Origin: Minisyncoccota bacterium
Lineage (GTDB): Bacteria > Patescibacteriota > Minisyncoccia > Phycocordibacterales > UBA918
Assembly: GCA_041688155.1 (NCBI GenBank)
Contig: JBDNIW010000003.1
Coordinates: 5,555-69,554 of the forward strand
Length of the DNA: 64,000 nt
Direction: 5' to 3'
Shown here: in pieces, positions 48,964-58,700 of the stretch
Position numbering within the stretch: position 1 is the stretch's first letter
How the letters are laid out: every line of letters begins with the position of its first letter
Made by a program: the position numbers and the translations under genes
Notes under the pieces: model-generated
What the model was told of the DNA's origin: nothing
Databases searched by the model: none
What the model saw: only the letters and a program-made list of their open reading frames with translations

Positions 48964-49506
48964 ATGCGTATTATCACTTCGCTTATCGTCCTGGTGGCTA
49001 TTGTCGGGCTCGCCGGGTGCGTTTCCTCGGAACAATCCAATACAGCGACCACGTCGTCTTCGGGCGAACGTTGGACTGGCGTAGTTGCCGTTCAGGAAAG
49101 TGCCGAAGTCTGGCGCCTCTACGACAGCACTGCTGGTGATCTCACCAGGTTCGCTCAGCTGCTCGAAGCTGGTCTCGACAACGGGACTGTGCAATCGGCA
49201 ACTGGTCGGTTTGACTTCATTCCGTACGCGGGCGGCCAGCCAGCCGAGGCACCGTTTACGGTCAACCTGCGGGCAGAACACAACGGAACATGGTATTTCC
49301 AGGGTCCGGCTGCTTTCTTCCAGCCCGGTCGAGCAATGTGTGTCCGAGCTGCATCCTGGCCACTGATTGCGACACAGCGTCGCTTTCCAGCCGCTGCTGG
49401 CCCGAACACCAACTGCATCGACTTCGGCCCTCAGGCAGCTTTGCCTGGGTTTGCCAACAGCAACCACAACGCGGCTACCATCGTGATGGTGCAGCCCGCA
49501 GGATAA
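48964..49506 (+). CDS. Hypothetical lipoprotein
   Basis: Signal peptide with lipobox LAGC; SD-like gaaagg upstream. Confidence 0.7.
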   Translation: MRIITSLIVLVAIVGLAGCVSSEQSNTATTSSSGERWTGVVAVQESAEVWRLYDSTAGDLTRFAQLLEAGLDNGTVQSATGRFDFIPYAGGQPAEAPFTVNLRAEHNGTWYFQGPAAFFQPGRAMCVRAASWPLIATQRRFPAAAGPNTNCIDFGPQAALPGFANSNHNAATIVMVQPAG

Positions 49507-49516
49507 GGAATCCAAC

Positions 49517-50032
49517 ATGAAACGACGTCACTTTCTTTCGCTGTCTGCAGCAACGCTGTTTGCGTCATCGCTATCCGTGATGGCACAGCAGCGTATCGTT
49601 TTCCCAAACGGGGAAGTGATCGGCGGTCAGCTCCACTGGAGCAACGGCGGCGGTGATCCGCTTCGGTTGAGTATGAGCAACGCTCTGGCTCAGCCGCGAC
49701 TGAATCTGCAACCGGGTCTGCAACAGGCAATCTTGCATAAAATGCGAGAGGCACCGGAAATCATTGATCTTCGGATGTACAACAACCAGGTTCTGCCTGG
49801 CGTCATGATGTCCGGCGATGGCTGGTTGGCGGTTAACCCCGTCATTCAAACCAGTCGTTGGCAGCGGCAAAACTTCGCAGCCAGAAGCTGGTTTCTGACT
49901 TGGCGTGATGCGTCAGGACAGGTGCAGCGTTGGCAGTTTATCATTGCTGACGTTTGTCGAAATCCAATCTTGATTCCGCGTGGCGGTGCACTTCCGTGCA
50001 TTTGCAATCCGGTCTTGGATGCTTGTGTGTGA
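49517..50032 (+). CDS. Hypothetical secreted protein with twin-arginine-like signal and Cys-rich C-terminus
   Basis: MKRRHFLSLSAATLFASSLSVMA; ends CRNP...CICNPVLDACV; SD aagga. Confidence 0.7.
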   Translation: MKRRHFLSLSAATLFASSLSVMAQQRIVFPNGEVIGGQLHWSNGGGDPLRLSMSNALAQPRLNLQPGLQQAILHKMREAPEIIDLRMYNNQVLPGVMMSGDGWLAVNPVIQTSRWQRQNFAARSWFLTWRDASGQVQRWQFIIADVCRNPILIPRGGALPCICNPVLDACV

Positions 50033-50039
50033 ACAACTG

Positions 50040-50073
50040 TGGTGTGCCTGGCAACTATGCTCTGGCACACCAC
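50040..50073 (+). terminator. Hairpin after the orphan gene pair
   Basis: gtggtgtgcc...ggcacaccac. Confidence 0.55.
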
Positions 50074-50134
50074 CTCTAATATTCTTGTGTACATTGGTGT
50101 AGGTAAGAATATTAAGAGGTTAACTACTATCATT

Positions 50135-52723
50135 ATGATTTCAATTAAAAATATTTTCACTTTTACTATTTTAGGCTTCTTTGCACTGGTCATTTTTGCG
50201 ACACCGGTGACTGTCTCAGATTTTACCTTCGACATGGCAACTGTGGCTGCGTGGGGTTCTGGTGGAACGAGTGATGGAGGTTCAGGTGGAGGTTCAGGTG
50301 GGGACGGCTGTGGTGGTTGTGGTTCAACTCCAACACCAACTCCAACTCCAACACCAACTCCGCAACCTCCGCAAAATGATCCAAAGTGTGAAGATTCAGC
50401 GGCTAACAACACGGGCGGTAATCTACCGTGTACCTATCCGGCACCTACACCAACCTGTGAATCATTTGCAATTACGCAAACCAATGTAGCTCCAGGAGCA
50501 AATCTTACTTTCAACTGGCAAACATCGAACGCCACCAATGTTTCAATCAACGGTATTGGCCCAGTAGCAGTTGACGGGGTGAACCAAACCTTCACCGCTC
50601 CAAATACTGATGGTACCTACACCTACCGACTGACGTTTGACGGCAAAACTAATGCTTCATGTGTTGACACTGTGATTGTGAAGACGACGGTCGTACAACC
50701 ACCTACACCACTATGTTTGAGCTTCACTGGTAGCAAAACAACCATCACCCGAGGTGAAAGTCTCACGCTCAACTGGAATACAGCAAATGCTACCCAGATT
50801 CTCATCAACAACGCAGTTGGCGATGTTACTGACGTCGTGAGTAAAAGTAAAGAAGTATCACCTCTGGCTGACACGACCTACAATCTGACGGTGATTGGTG
50901 CGGCTGGTACTACACCTGATCGAACTTGTAACGTTCCGGTGATTGTAACCACACCACCGACTCCAACTACTCCAGCTATTGACATCGTCAAGCGTGACGC
51001 CATCGACAAAAACGACACTCAGACCGTAGCGGTTGGAGGAACTGCTCAGTTTGAAATCGTCGTGACCAACACTGGTAACGAAAACCTGGTCAACGTTGTT
51101 GTGACTGACCCGCTTGAGCCAGCTTGTAACCGAACTATCGGTGCGCTCGCTATCGGTGCTTCAGAGACTTACACCTGTAACTCAACCAACGTCCGAGCAG
51201 CCTTTATCAACATTGCTAACGTCACTGGTACATCAGCCGTCGATGCAGAAGTCGTGACTGATACTGACCCAACAAACGTCTTGATCACCAGTACGGCCGT
51301 GTTTACCTGTGCAAACAACGTGACGTTTAACGCGTCTGATACCTCTATCTCTCGTGGACAAAGTACGACTTTGAACTGGAGTACTACTAACGTTGACTCA
51401 CTGACTATCACTGGCCTCAACACCACTGCGCTGTCAGGTAACCAAACTGTTGCACCGTCAAATGACACTACCTACACCCTGAACGCAACTCAAAGTGGTA
51501 CAACTATCGCGTGTCCACTCAGTATCAACGTATCAACCGGTGGCGGAGGAGGCGGTGGCGGTGGAAGTTCCACTCCACGTTGTGAGCTAGAAATCTCTGA
51601 CAAAAACATCACCCTGGGAGAAGAAATCACCGTTAAGTGGGAGACAAGTAACGCAACTGAAGTCACCCTCAAAGATGACCGCGGCCGAGTACTATTTACC
51701 ACTGGCGAGTTCCTCAACCGAGACAAGCAGCAGTACTTCGACCACTCAATCAAATTTAAACCAACTCGAAACACTACCTACACCCTAGTAGCAGAACGAG
51801 GTTCACGTGACCGAGAATGTACCGTGAGTGTCAAGCTAGACGATACCATCGTCCTACTGCAAGTTCGTGACCAAGCGCCGCTCGTGTCAGGTATCTCACT
51901 AACGCAAGTGCCATACACTGGATTTGAAGCGGGGCCAGTCATGACCATTATGTTCTACATGCTGCTCGTGACCTGGGCTCTCTACATCACGTACGTACTC
52001 GTGATTCCCAAGACTCAGCTCGCAGTCGTAACGTCAAACACCCCAGCAACGCGGTCAAATGTTGACCTAATGGTAGCTGCTGAACAAGTGCGACCAGATG
52101 TGTTCGCTGCGATGGCGGCGCCAACTATGGCGACTGTCCCAGCCAACCTACCAGTTGCAATGCCAGTAGTGGCCGAAGTAGTCGACACCAACACCATCGA
52201 AAACCAAGCCCACGCTTTGCACGCCTTGATTTCAAGTGACGCGGTACGAACCATCTCTGGTATGACAAATGAGGAAAACCAAAGTGACGTTGTAGCTAAA
52301 ATCGTTGCGGACGCCAAAGGAGCGTTTCCACTAGAAGACGGTTGGGTGGTAATCAACCAATCACGACTAATGGAAATCATCGACACTACTACTCCAGTTG
52401 CGATGTCAGCTGCACCAACTGGTGCTGGGTCACTAGCGGAAGCTATCGTGACCGGCAACATCGTAGCGGCGTACCAGATGATTGGAACTCGACCAATGGT
52501 TGCCCTCGCTGACGCCGCGGCTGATCTAGACGCACTCTACCGCATCCGAAAAGGCGCAGACGCACAGGTGTCTGACCTGCTCGAAAGTGAGACAGCTAAC
52601 CTAGCAGACGAGCAAATCGCCGACATGATTGCTGCGCTCACTGGTGCCCTCGACGGAACCTATTCCGACGAAGCAGCAGCGGTTAAAATGGCTATCATGA
52701 AAGCCGTTAAGGTAGCCGCGTAG
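50135..52723 (+). CDS. Large surface protein: signal, Gly/PT linkers, Cys-bracketed Ig-like repeats, DUF11-like domain, VPYTG plus TM, C-terminal domain
   Basis: Repeated (L)xWxTxNAT..I modules; IVKR...FEIVVTNTGN..L.NVVVTDPL; QVPYTG at 51905-51922 followed by a hydrophobic helix. Confidence 0.8.
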   Translation: MISIKNIFTFTILGFFALVIFATPVTVSDFTFDMATVAAWGSGGTSDGGSGGGSGGDGCGGCGSTPTPTPTPTPTPQPPQNDPKCEDSAANNTGGNLPCTYPAPTPTCESFAITQTNVAPGANLTFNWQTSNATNVSINGIGPVAVDGVNQTFTAPNTDGTYTYRLTFDGKTNASCVDTVIVKTTVVQPPTPLCLSFTGSKTTITRGESLTLNWNTANATQILINNAVGDVTDVVSKSKEVSPLADTTYNLTVIGAAGTTPDRTCNVPVIVTTPPTPTTPAIDIVKRDAIDKNDTQTVAVGGTAQFEIVVTNTGNENLVNVVVTDPLEPACNRTIGALAIGASETYTCNSTNVRAAFINIANVTGTSAVDAEVVTDTDPTNVLITSTAVFTCANNVTFNASDTSISRGQSTTLNWSTTNVDSLTITGLNTTALSGNQTVAPSNDTTYTLNATQSGTTIACPLSINVSTGGGGGGGGGSSTPRCELEISDKNITLGEEITVKWETSNATEVTLKDDRGRVLFTTGEFLNRDKQQYFDHSIKFKPTRNTTYTLVAERGSRDRECTVSVKLDDTIVLLQVRDQAPLVSGISLTQVPYTGFEAGPVMTIMFYMLLVTWALYITYVLVIPKTQLAVVTSNTPATRSNVDLMVAAEQVRPDVFAAMAAPTMATVPANLPVAMPVVAEVVDTNTIENQAHALHALISSDAVRTISGMTNEENQSDVVAKIVADAKGAFPLEDGWVVINQSRLMEIIDTTTPVAMSAAPTGAGSLAEAIVTGNIVAAYQMIGTRPMVALADAAADLDALYRIRKGADAQVSDLLESETANLADEQIADMIAALTGALDGTYSDEAAAVKMAIMKAVKVAA

Positions 52724-52743
52724 TAGACGCACGCGACCCAACC

Positions 52744-52783
52744 ACAAACCGGTCGGCGCTCATTTGAGCGCCGACCGGTTTGT
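52744..52783. terminator. Bidirectional terminator (19-bp arms)
   Basis: acaaaccggtcggcgctca-tt-tgagcgccgaccggtttgt, between convergent genes. Confidence 0.8.
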
Positions 52784-52813
52784 TTGTGCTTGATGTGCTA
52801 CCTCTCCGCCTTC

Positions 52814-54565
52814 TTATACGCTCGCTTCGGACTGTAATTTCACCAGTAGGTCAGTCACACTCATCGCGACCGACTCGCCCGTATCGCGCGACTCGACCGT
52901 CACGGTGTTGTTGGCGATATCGGTGTCACCGATAATCAGGAAGTAGGGAAGTCGATCCTTTTTCGCGTTGCGGACTTTTTTCCCCATCGAGTCATTGTGA
53001 GTATCGATGGTTGCTCTAAAGCCTGCGGTTTTAAGTTGGTCATACACATGTAGCGCGTATTGATTGTGTACTTCAGCCACGGGGATCACGGCGATTTGCT
53101 CGGGCGAAAGCCAGAGCGGAAAATTACCCGCAAAGTGCTCAATCATAATTGCCATAAACCGCTCGAGTGAACCCGCGATTGCCCGGTGAATCATAACTGG
53201 CGTTTGTTTGTTGCCTTCATGGTCGATATACTCCAATCCAAATCGTTCAGGCATGACAAAGTCGAGTTGAGCCGTGGCGAGCTGTCGCTCACGCCCAATC
53301 GCGTCAAAGAACATAAAGTCCAGCTTAGGTCCATAAAACGCCGCTTCGCCTTCGACTCGTTTGTACGGTAGTTCCAGCCGCTTAGCCACGTCTTCGAGCA
53401 TCGTCTCGGCCTTCGTCCAGTTGTCTTTGTCTCCTAGGTACTGGTCCGGATCATGAGGGTCGCTCACTGAGAGGGATACCCAGAATTTCCCCTCCTCGTA
53501 CATCCCTAAGGTCTGGTAGAACTCCTTGATCACGAGCACAATAGCTTCAACCTCTTGATCAATCTGATTAAAAGTACAAAACGCGTGGCCGTCGTCTTGG
53601 GTGATACTGCGCACGCGCCCCAGGCCGATGAGTTCACCTGCTTGCTCGTCGCGATATACCATAGTGGTCTCAGCGTAGCGGATGGGTAGTTCTTTATAGG
53701 TTCGTGGCTTGCTGGCAAAGATTTGGGTGTGGTGCGGGCAGTTCATTGGCTTCATGACAAACTCTGTGTCACTTTTTCCAGTCACTTTGAATAGCTCGTC
53801 GCCAAATTTTTCCCAGTGGCCTGACTTTTTATACAGGTCACTTTTGGTGATGTGGGGAATAGTGACTTTTTGGTAGCCGTACTTTGATTGGATGTCCGAG
53901 ATTTTATCGACAACCAAGTCCCGCATCATCGTACCTTTGGGGGTAAATAGCGGTAGCCCCGCTCCGACTAGTTCAGAGAACGTAAAGAGATCAAGCTCCT
54001 TACCGATTTTGCGATGGTCGCGTTTTTTGGCTTCGGCTAACTGGGTTTCGTAGGCAACCAGATCTTCCTTGGTATTGAACGCTAGTCCGTAAATCCGCGT
54101 CAACATCGGGTTTTTCTCATCACCTCGCCAGTACGCCCCAGCGATTTTGTCGAGTTTGAACGCGTCCATTGCCAGGTCAGCCTTAGGGTTGTCTACGTGC
54201 CCACCACGACACAGGTCGGTAAAATCACCGCATGTGTACAACGAAATTGCTTCACCCTTCGCTTCGATTTCATCAATCAATTCTAATTTGAACTGGTTAC
54301 CAACGAACCGTTCACGTGCTACGGCAGCTGTCACTTCCTCGTTGGTGAACTCTGTCCATTTATTCACCAATTTCTTCATCCCTTTCTGGATAGATTTCAA
54401 ATCTTCTTCCTTGGGAGATTCTCCCGTAGAAAAATCTATATCATAGTAAAACCCGTTATCAATCGCTGGACCAAGGGTCAGTTTGGCGTGTGGATATTGC
54501 TCCACCACCGCAGCTGCGAGCAGGTGAGCCAGAGTGTGTCGTTTGTGTTCAAGTTGTTGTTCCAT
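52814..54565 (-). CDS. thrS: Threonine--tRNA ligase (no TGS domain)
   Basis: RHTLAHLLA; DLCRGGH; GAYWRG; RDHRKIG; KPMNCPHH; AFYGPK; HRAIAGSLERF. Confidence 0.98.
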   Translation of the reverse strand: MEQQLEHKRHTLAHLLAAAVVEQYPHAKLTLGPAIDNGFYYDIDFSTGESPKEEDLKSIQKGMKKLVNKWTEFTNEEVTAAVARERFVGNQFKLELIDEIEAKGEAISLYTCGDFTDLCRGGHVDNPKADLAMDAFKLDKIAGAYWRGDEKNPMLTRIYGLAFNTKEDLVAYETQLAEAKKRDHRKIGKELDLFTFSELVGAGLPLFTPKGTMMRDLVVDKISDIQSKYGYQKVTIPHITKSDLYKKSGHWEKFGDELFKVTGKSDTEFVMKPMNCPHHTQIFASKPRTYKELPIRYAETTMVYRDEQAGELIGLGRVRSITQDDGHAFCTFNQIDQEVEAIVLVIKEFYQTLGMYEEGKFWVSLSVSDPHDPDQYLGDKDNWTKAETMLEDVAKRLELPYKRVEGEAAFYGPKLDFMFFDAIGRERQLATAQLDFVMPERFGLEYIDHEGNKQTPVMIHRAIAGSLERFMAIMIEHFAGNFPLWLSPEQIAVIPVAEVHNQYALHVYDQLKTAGFRATIDTHNDSMGKKVRNAKKDRLPYFLIIGDTDIANNTVTVESRDTGESVAMSVTDLLVKLQSEASV

Positions 54566-54584
54566 AATGTGTACGTAAGTTATT

Positions 54585-54778
54585 AAAAAATCGCCCAAGT
54601 GAATACGTGAAAAATCACCTACTCACTCGGACGATCTTGCTCGCGGTTCCACCGAGTTTCTGCGTTGGTATGCCAAGCAGCTCTCCATTAAACAGATTAG
54701 ATGGTATCCCATACATCTCCCCGGGGCTACCCTAGGGAAAACTGTGTCGGCGGTTGGTAAGCGCCACAATCTCTGTGT
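54585..54778 (-). promoter_or_regulatory. T-box riboswitch (Thr), transcriptional
   Basis: Minus strand AACTCGGTGGAACCGCG T-box sequence (core 54654-54642). Antiterminator partner is cgtccg. Terminator tcgtccgagtgagta/tattcacttgggcga is followed by a T-run. ACC specifier sits in a short hairpin loop. Confidence 0.85.
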
Positions 54779-54782
54779 ATGT

Positions 54783-54811
54783 ATCGTACAGCGCACGCTC
54801 TAATTTGGCAA
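54783..54811 (-). promoter_or_regulatory. Sigma70 promoter of the thrS leader
   Basis: TTGCCA-N17-TACGAT on the minus strand. Confidence 0.7.
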
Positions 54812-54850
54812 ACAAAAACCGCGCCGTAGATACGGCGCGGATTCGAACAT

Positions 54851-55156
54851 TTACACCATACTAAGTTCGACCCAGCCACAGAAAGCTCGGAAGTCGGATC
54901 TCTTTGATCCAGCAGAAATACCTTTTGTAAAACATAGCTCGATTTGACCTGTACCTAAATCAAAACTTGATCTGATAAAGTCATGTTTGAGAACGGTTAA
55001 AGCCATCACTTCAATTTTTTTTTGCTGAAACTGAAGTTTTGCAACCTCCGAGTTTATCGGTTTTCGAATATTTCCGTTTGCTTCTCGAATTCCAACGTGG
55101 TACCAAACTGCACCGGAATCTTTTGGCTGGCAGAAAAAATAAAGACCAAGTTGCAT
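54851..55156 (-). CDS. Hypothetical protein
   Basis: Strong SD AGGAGGA before ATG 55156; terminator ccgcgccgta/tacggcgcgg plus T5 downstream. Confidence 0.6.
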   Translation of the reverse strand: MQLGLYFFCQPKDSGAVWYHVGIREANGNIRKPINSEVAKLQFQQKKIEVMALTVLKHDFIRSSFDLGTGQIELCFTKGISAGSKRSDFRAFCGWVELSMV

Positions 55157-55276
55157 GTTGTCCTCCTGTAGGTTGCGTACTTGCAATTGCGAGTACGAGT
55201 TTTTCTTTGCAAACGCAAGCAGCTTATTGAGCCTTGACCTGTACAAGCCCCAAAAATCTCGTATACTATAATCATT

Positions 55277-55486
55277 ATGACTACAGCCCAAGCATTGCGA
55301 AAAATAGACAAACTCGAGCGAGAACTCGCGGCTGTTAAGGCGGAATTCCTGGCTGATATTCCGTATGATGATGAGTTGTCAGATGAGTTTCAAAAAAAGC
55401 TTGATCGAATTGCTAAAGAGCCGGCCATGGCGACGTACGCTGGTCCTGGCAGTTTAGAGAAATTGATTGCTGAGCATGCAAGTTAG
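55277..55486 (+). CDS. Putative antitoxin
   Basis: Small acidic protein overlapping the start of the RelE-like gene. Confidence 0.7.
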   Translation: MTTAQALRKIDKLERELAAVKAEFLADIPYDDELSDEFQKKLDRIAKEPAMATYAGPGSLEKLIAEHAS

Positions 55487-55739
55487 GCTGGCAAAAGAAT
55501 TTCTAAAAAGTGTCAAGCGGCTACCGATATCGGTGCGCAGTAAAACTGAGGTGCAGATTATTTTGTTGAGCATTGACCAAGAGCATCCTTATTTACATAC
55601 GAAAAAGTTGCAAGGTAAGCCATCTCGTCATTCGTGTCGGGTAGGGAGAGAATATCGCATTTTGTTTGAAATACACGACACGTATATCTATTGTCTCTAT
55701 GTTGCTCACCGCAAAGATATCTACAAGAAGCTACGTTAA
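55476..55739 (+). CDS. RelE/ParE family toxin
   Basis: FLKSVKRL; HPYLHTKKLQG; RVGREYRILF; HRKDIY. Confidence 0.9.
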   Translation: MQVRLAKEFLKSVKRLPISVRSKTEVQIILLSIDQEHPYLHTKKLQGKPSRHSCRVGREYRILFEIHDTYIYCLYVAHRKDIYKKLR

Positions 55740-58700
55740 TTGATACTGGTTGCTGCTGGAGGTCCATCCAACAGTTTCATCTTGTCGACCAGAATACTTG
55801 GTTCGTCGTTGCGGATATTGAGTTTGCCTTTGATGGCGACACAGGTACCAGGGACGAGTAAGTTGCGGTACGTCTCAAAGCACTCAGGGAAGGTGACTAG
55901 TTCCATTGATTCGTCTTTGGAGACCAGCTGCACGAAAGCCATTTTGTCGCCTTTTTTGGTGATCAACTCGCGGACGGTTTCAATCATGCCGGCGGTCACC
56001 ACCGGGACGCCTTGGCGACCATCGCTCTTGACGATTGCTAGTGGGGTACGTTTTTTGACTTCTTCTACAAACTGATCAAGTGGGTGGCCTGATACGTAGA
56101 TACCAAGTAAATCTTTTTCCCAGATTAGTTTCTGTTCCTGACTAATTGTATCGGTTGGATACAGCGTCAATCCACCGACTTCCTCTATGCCGCCAAACAA
56201 CGAATCTTGGTTGGCGGCTTTACCGGCCACTTGTTCGCGGTTGTATGACAATAGAACTTCAAGGTTGCCATACAGATGACTGCGCTGCTCAAACCGGTCA
56301 AACGCGCCGGTGCAGATCAGCGCCTCAAGGGATTTTTTGTTTAGCCCGCGATCATGGATGCGGGTGAGGAAATCTTGCATCGATTCAAACGTACCGTTTG
56401 ATTTACGTTCGTCAATGATGATCTCCGCAATCCCAGCGCCAAAGTTTTTGATAGTAGTTAATCCAAATCGGATAGTCTGCGTGCCAGGTACAACCGAGAA
56501 ATCAGCAAATGACTCGTTGATATCAGGTGGCAAAACGTCAATTCCCATACGCTCGCACTCATGAATGGTGGCGTAGATGCGCTCGGTGTCACCACTATCA
56601 GCGGTTAATACCGCCGACATATACTCAACTGGAAAGTTGGCTTTCATGTATGCGGTCTGGTAGGCGACGCGGCCGTATGATGCGGCGTGGGCTTTGTTAA
56701 ACCCGTAGGCGGCAAACGGCTCGATCAGCGCCCAGAGCTGTTCGGCTTTTTGCGCGGTCATACCGTTGTCGATGAGTCCTTGGAACAGCTTGTCTTTCTC
56801 GGCGGCCATAACTTCGGGAATTTTCTTCCCCATCGCTTTGCGGAGTTTGTCAGCCTCGAGCCAGCTGTACCCAGCGAGTTTGATTGAGGTCATCATGACA
56901 TCATCCTGGTAGGTGATTACGCCGTACGACCGGTCAAGAATGTCTTCGAGGCGCGGGTCGAGAAATGTCACCAGACTAGGGTTATGCTTCCGCTCGATGT
57001 ACTGCGGAATCATTTCCATTGGGCCGGGGCGATAGAGCGCTACCATCGCGTTGATGTCGTGGATGGTTGAGGGTTTGAGTTGCTTGAGGAACGACGTCAT
57101 CCCCGTTCCGTTGAGCTGGAACAGACCCATCGTCTCGCCGCGGGCGAGCATTTCAAACGTGAGGGTGTCATCAAGCGGAATGTTTTCGATGTCGACGTCC
57201 ACATTGCGGATTTTCTTCACGCGCTTGACCGCATCGGCCAAGATAGCCAGGTTTTTGATTCCCAGGAAGTCGAATTTAAGCAGACCAACGCCGTCTTCAC
57301 CCACGCTGTGCATCTCGTACTGGGTGACAAATTTACCAGTTTTCGAGTCGGGTTGGATGGGGACGTATTGGTTGAGCGGGACGGGCGAAATAACCACCCC
57401 GGCGGCGTGCACGCCGATGTGTCTGACGCGTCCCTCGATTTGTTTGGCGAGGTCGATGACTTCACGGCTCTCGGCGTCTTTTTTATACAGCTCCGCCAGT
57501 TCTTTCTCCTCGACCAGCGCCCGGTCGATAGTCATTGGGAACCCTTGAGCACCCAGTGGAATCAGTTTTGAGATGCGGTCGCCGGTACTGTAGGCGTGCC
57601 CGAGCGCTCTCGCTACGTCACGCACGGCGGCTTTGGCAGCCATGGTTCCAAACGTTCCAATCTGTGCCACTTTATCTTCACCATACTTCTGCTTGGCGTA
57701 TTCGATGATTTCATCCCGCCGGTTATCGGCAAAATCCATATCAATATCAGGCGCTGATGGTCGCTCGGGGTTGAGGAATCGCTCAAAGGGGAGTTTGTAC
57801 TCGAGTGGGTCTACGTTGGTGATCCCGAGCACGTAGGTTGTGAGTGACCCAGCGACCGACCCACGAATAGTGGTGAGGATGCCACGCGCGCGGGCTTCCC
57901 GCAGCAAGTCACCTACCACCAAGAAATACTTGGCGTAGCCTTTCATTTTGATAACCTCGAGCTCGTAGTCGAGGCGAGTCTTTACCTCGGCGTCAGCAAT
58001 GTCCATGCCACGCCAGGTCACGCCTTCATACGCCGTGATCTGCAGTTCATCATCTGGCTCCCGTCCACTCTCGATGATGTAGTCGGGGAACACCCAGGCG
58101 TCTTGCCCCAGGGTGATTTCGACATTGCATTGCTCAGCGATTTTGACCGTATTGGCGAGTGCCTCGGGAGTATCTGCAAACCACTCTTTCATCTGGGCCT
58201 GGGTGGTAAAGGCAAAATTCTCCGCGCCGTCGTGGTTTGACGCGGTATCAACCACGCCACCACTTTGGATTTTGATCATGGTCTCGCGGGCCAGGTGGTC
58301 TTCTGGCTTCATATAATAGACGTCGTGCGCAGCCACCAGCGGCGTGTTGGTTGCTTTGGCTAGCGCTTTGATTTTGTCCTGGTTCTCGCTATGGCCAAAT
58401 ATCTCGGGGTGGTGTGTAATCTCGAGGTAGCAGTCATCGCCAAAAGTACTCTTGTACCAGTCGAGCCTCTCCGCTGCCCGCTCGGGTAGGCTGTCTTTGA
58501 GCGCCTGGGCAACTTCACCCGCAAACGACGGGATGATACAAATCAGGTCTGCTTTATTTTGCGCGAGCAACTCGTCATCAATCCGGCCTTTGTAGTAGAA
58601 CCCTTCGGTGTTTGATTTGGTGACCAACTCAATCAGGTTCTGGTATCCCTTAAATGTCTTGGCGAGTAGCACTAGTCTCGACCGCGGGCGGTCAGTCGGG

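Noticed and set aside
48610-49518. 302-aa minus-strand ORF
   Set aside because: It is an antisense shadow across the sortase and lipoprotein genes, whose strand has the promoter, SD and signal motifs.
50327-50362. actcca/acacca tandem repeat as a contingency locus
   Set aside because: It is in-frame and encodes an ordinary Thr-Pro linker.
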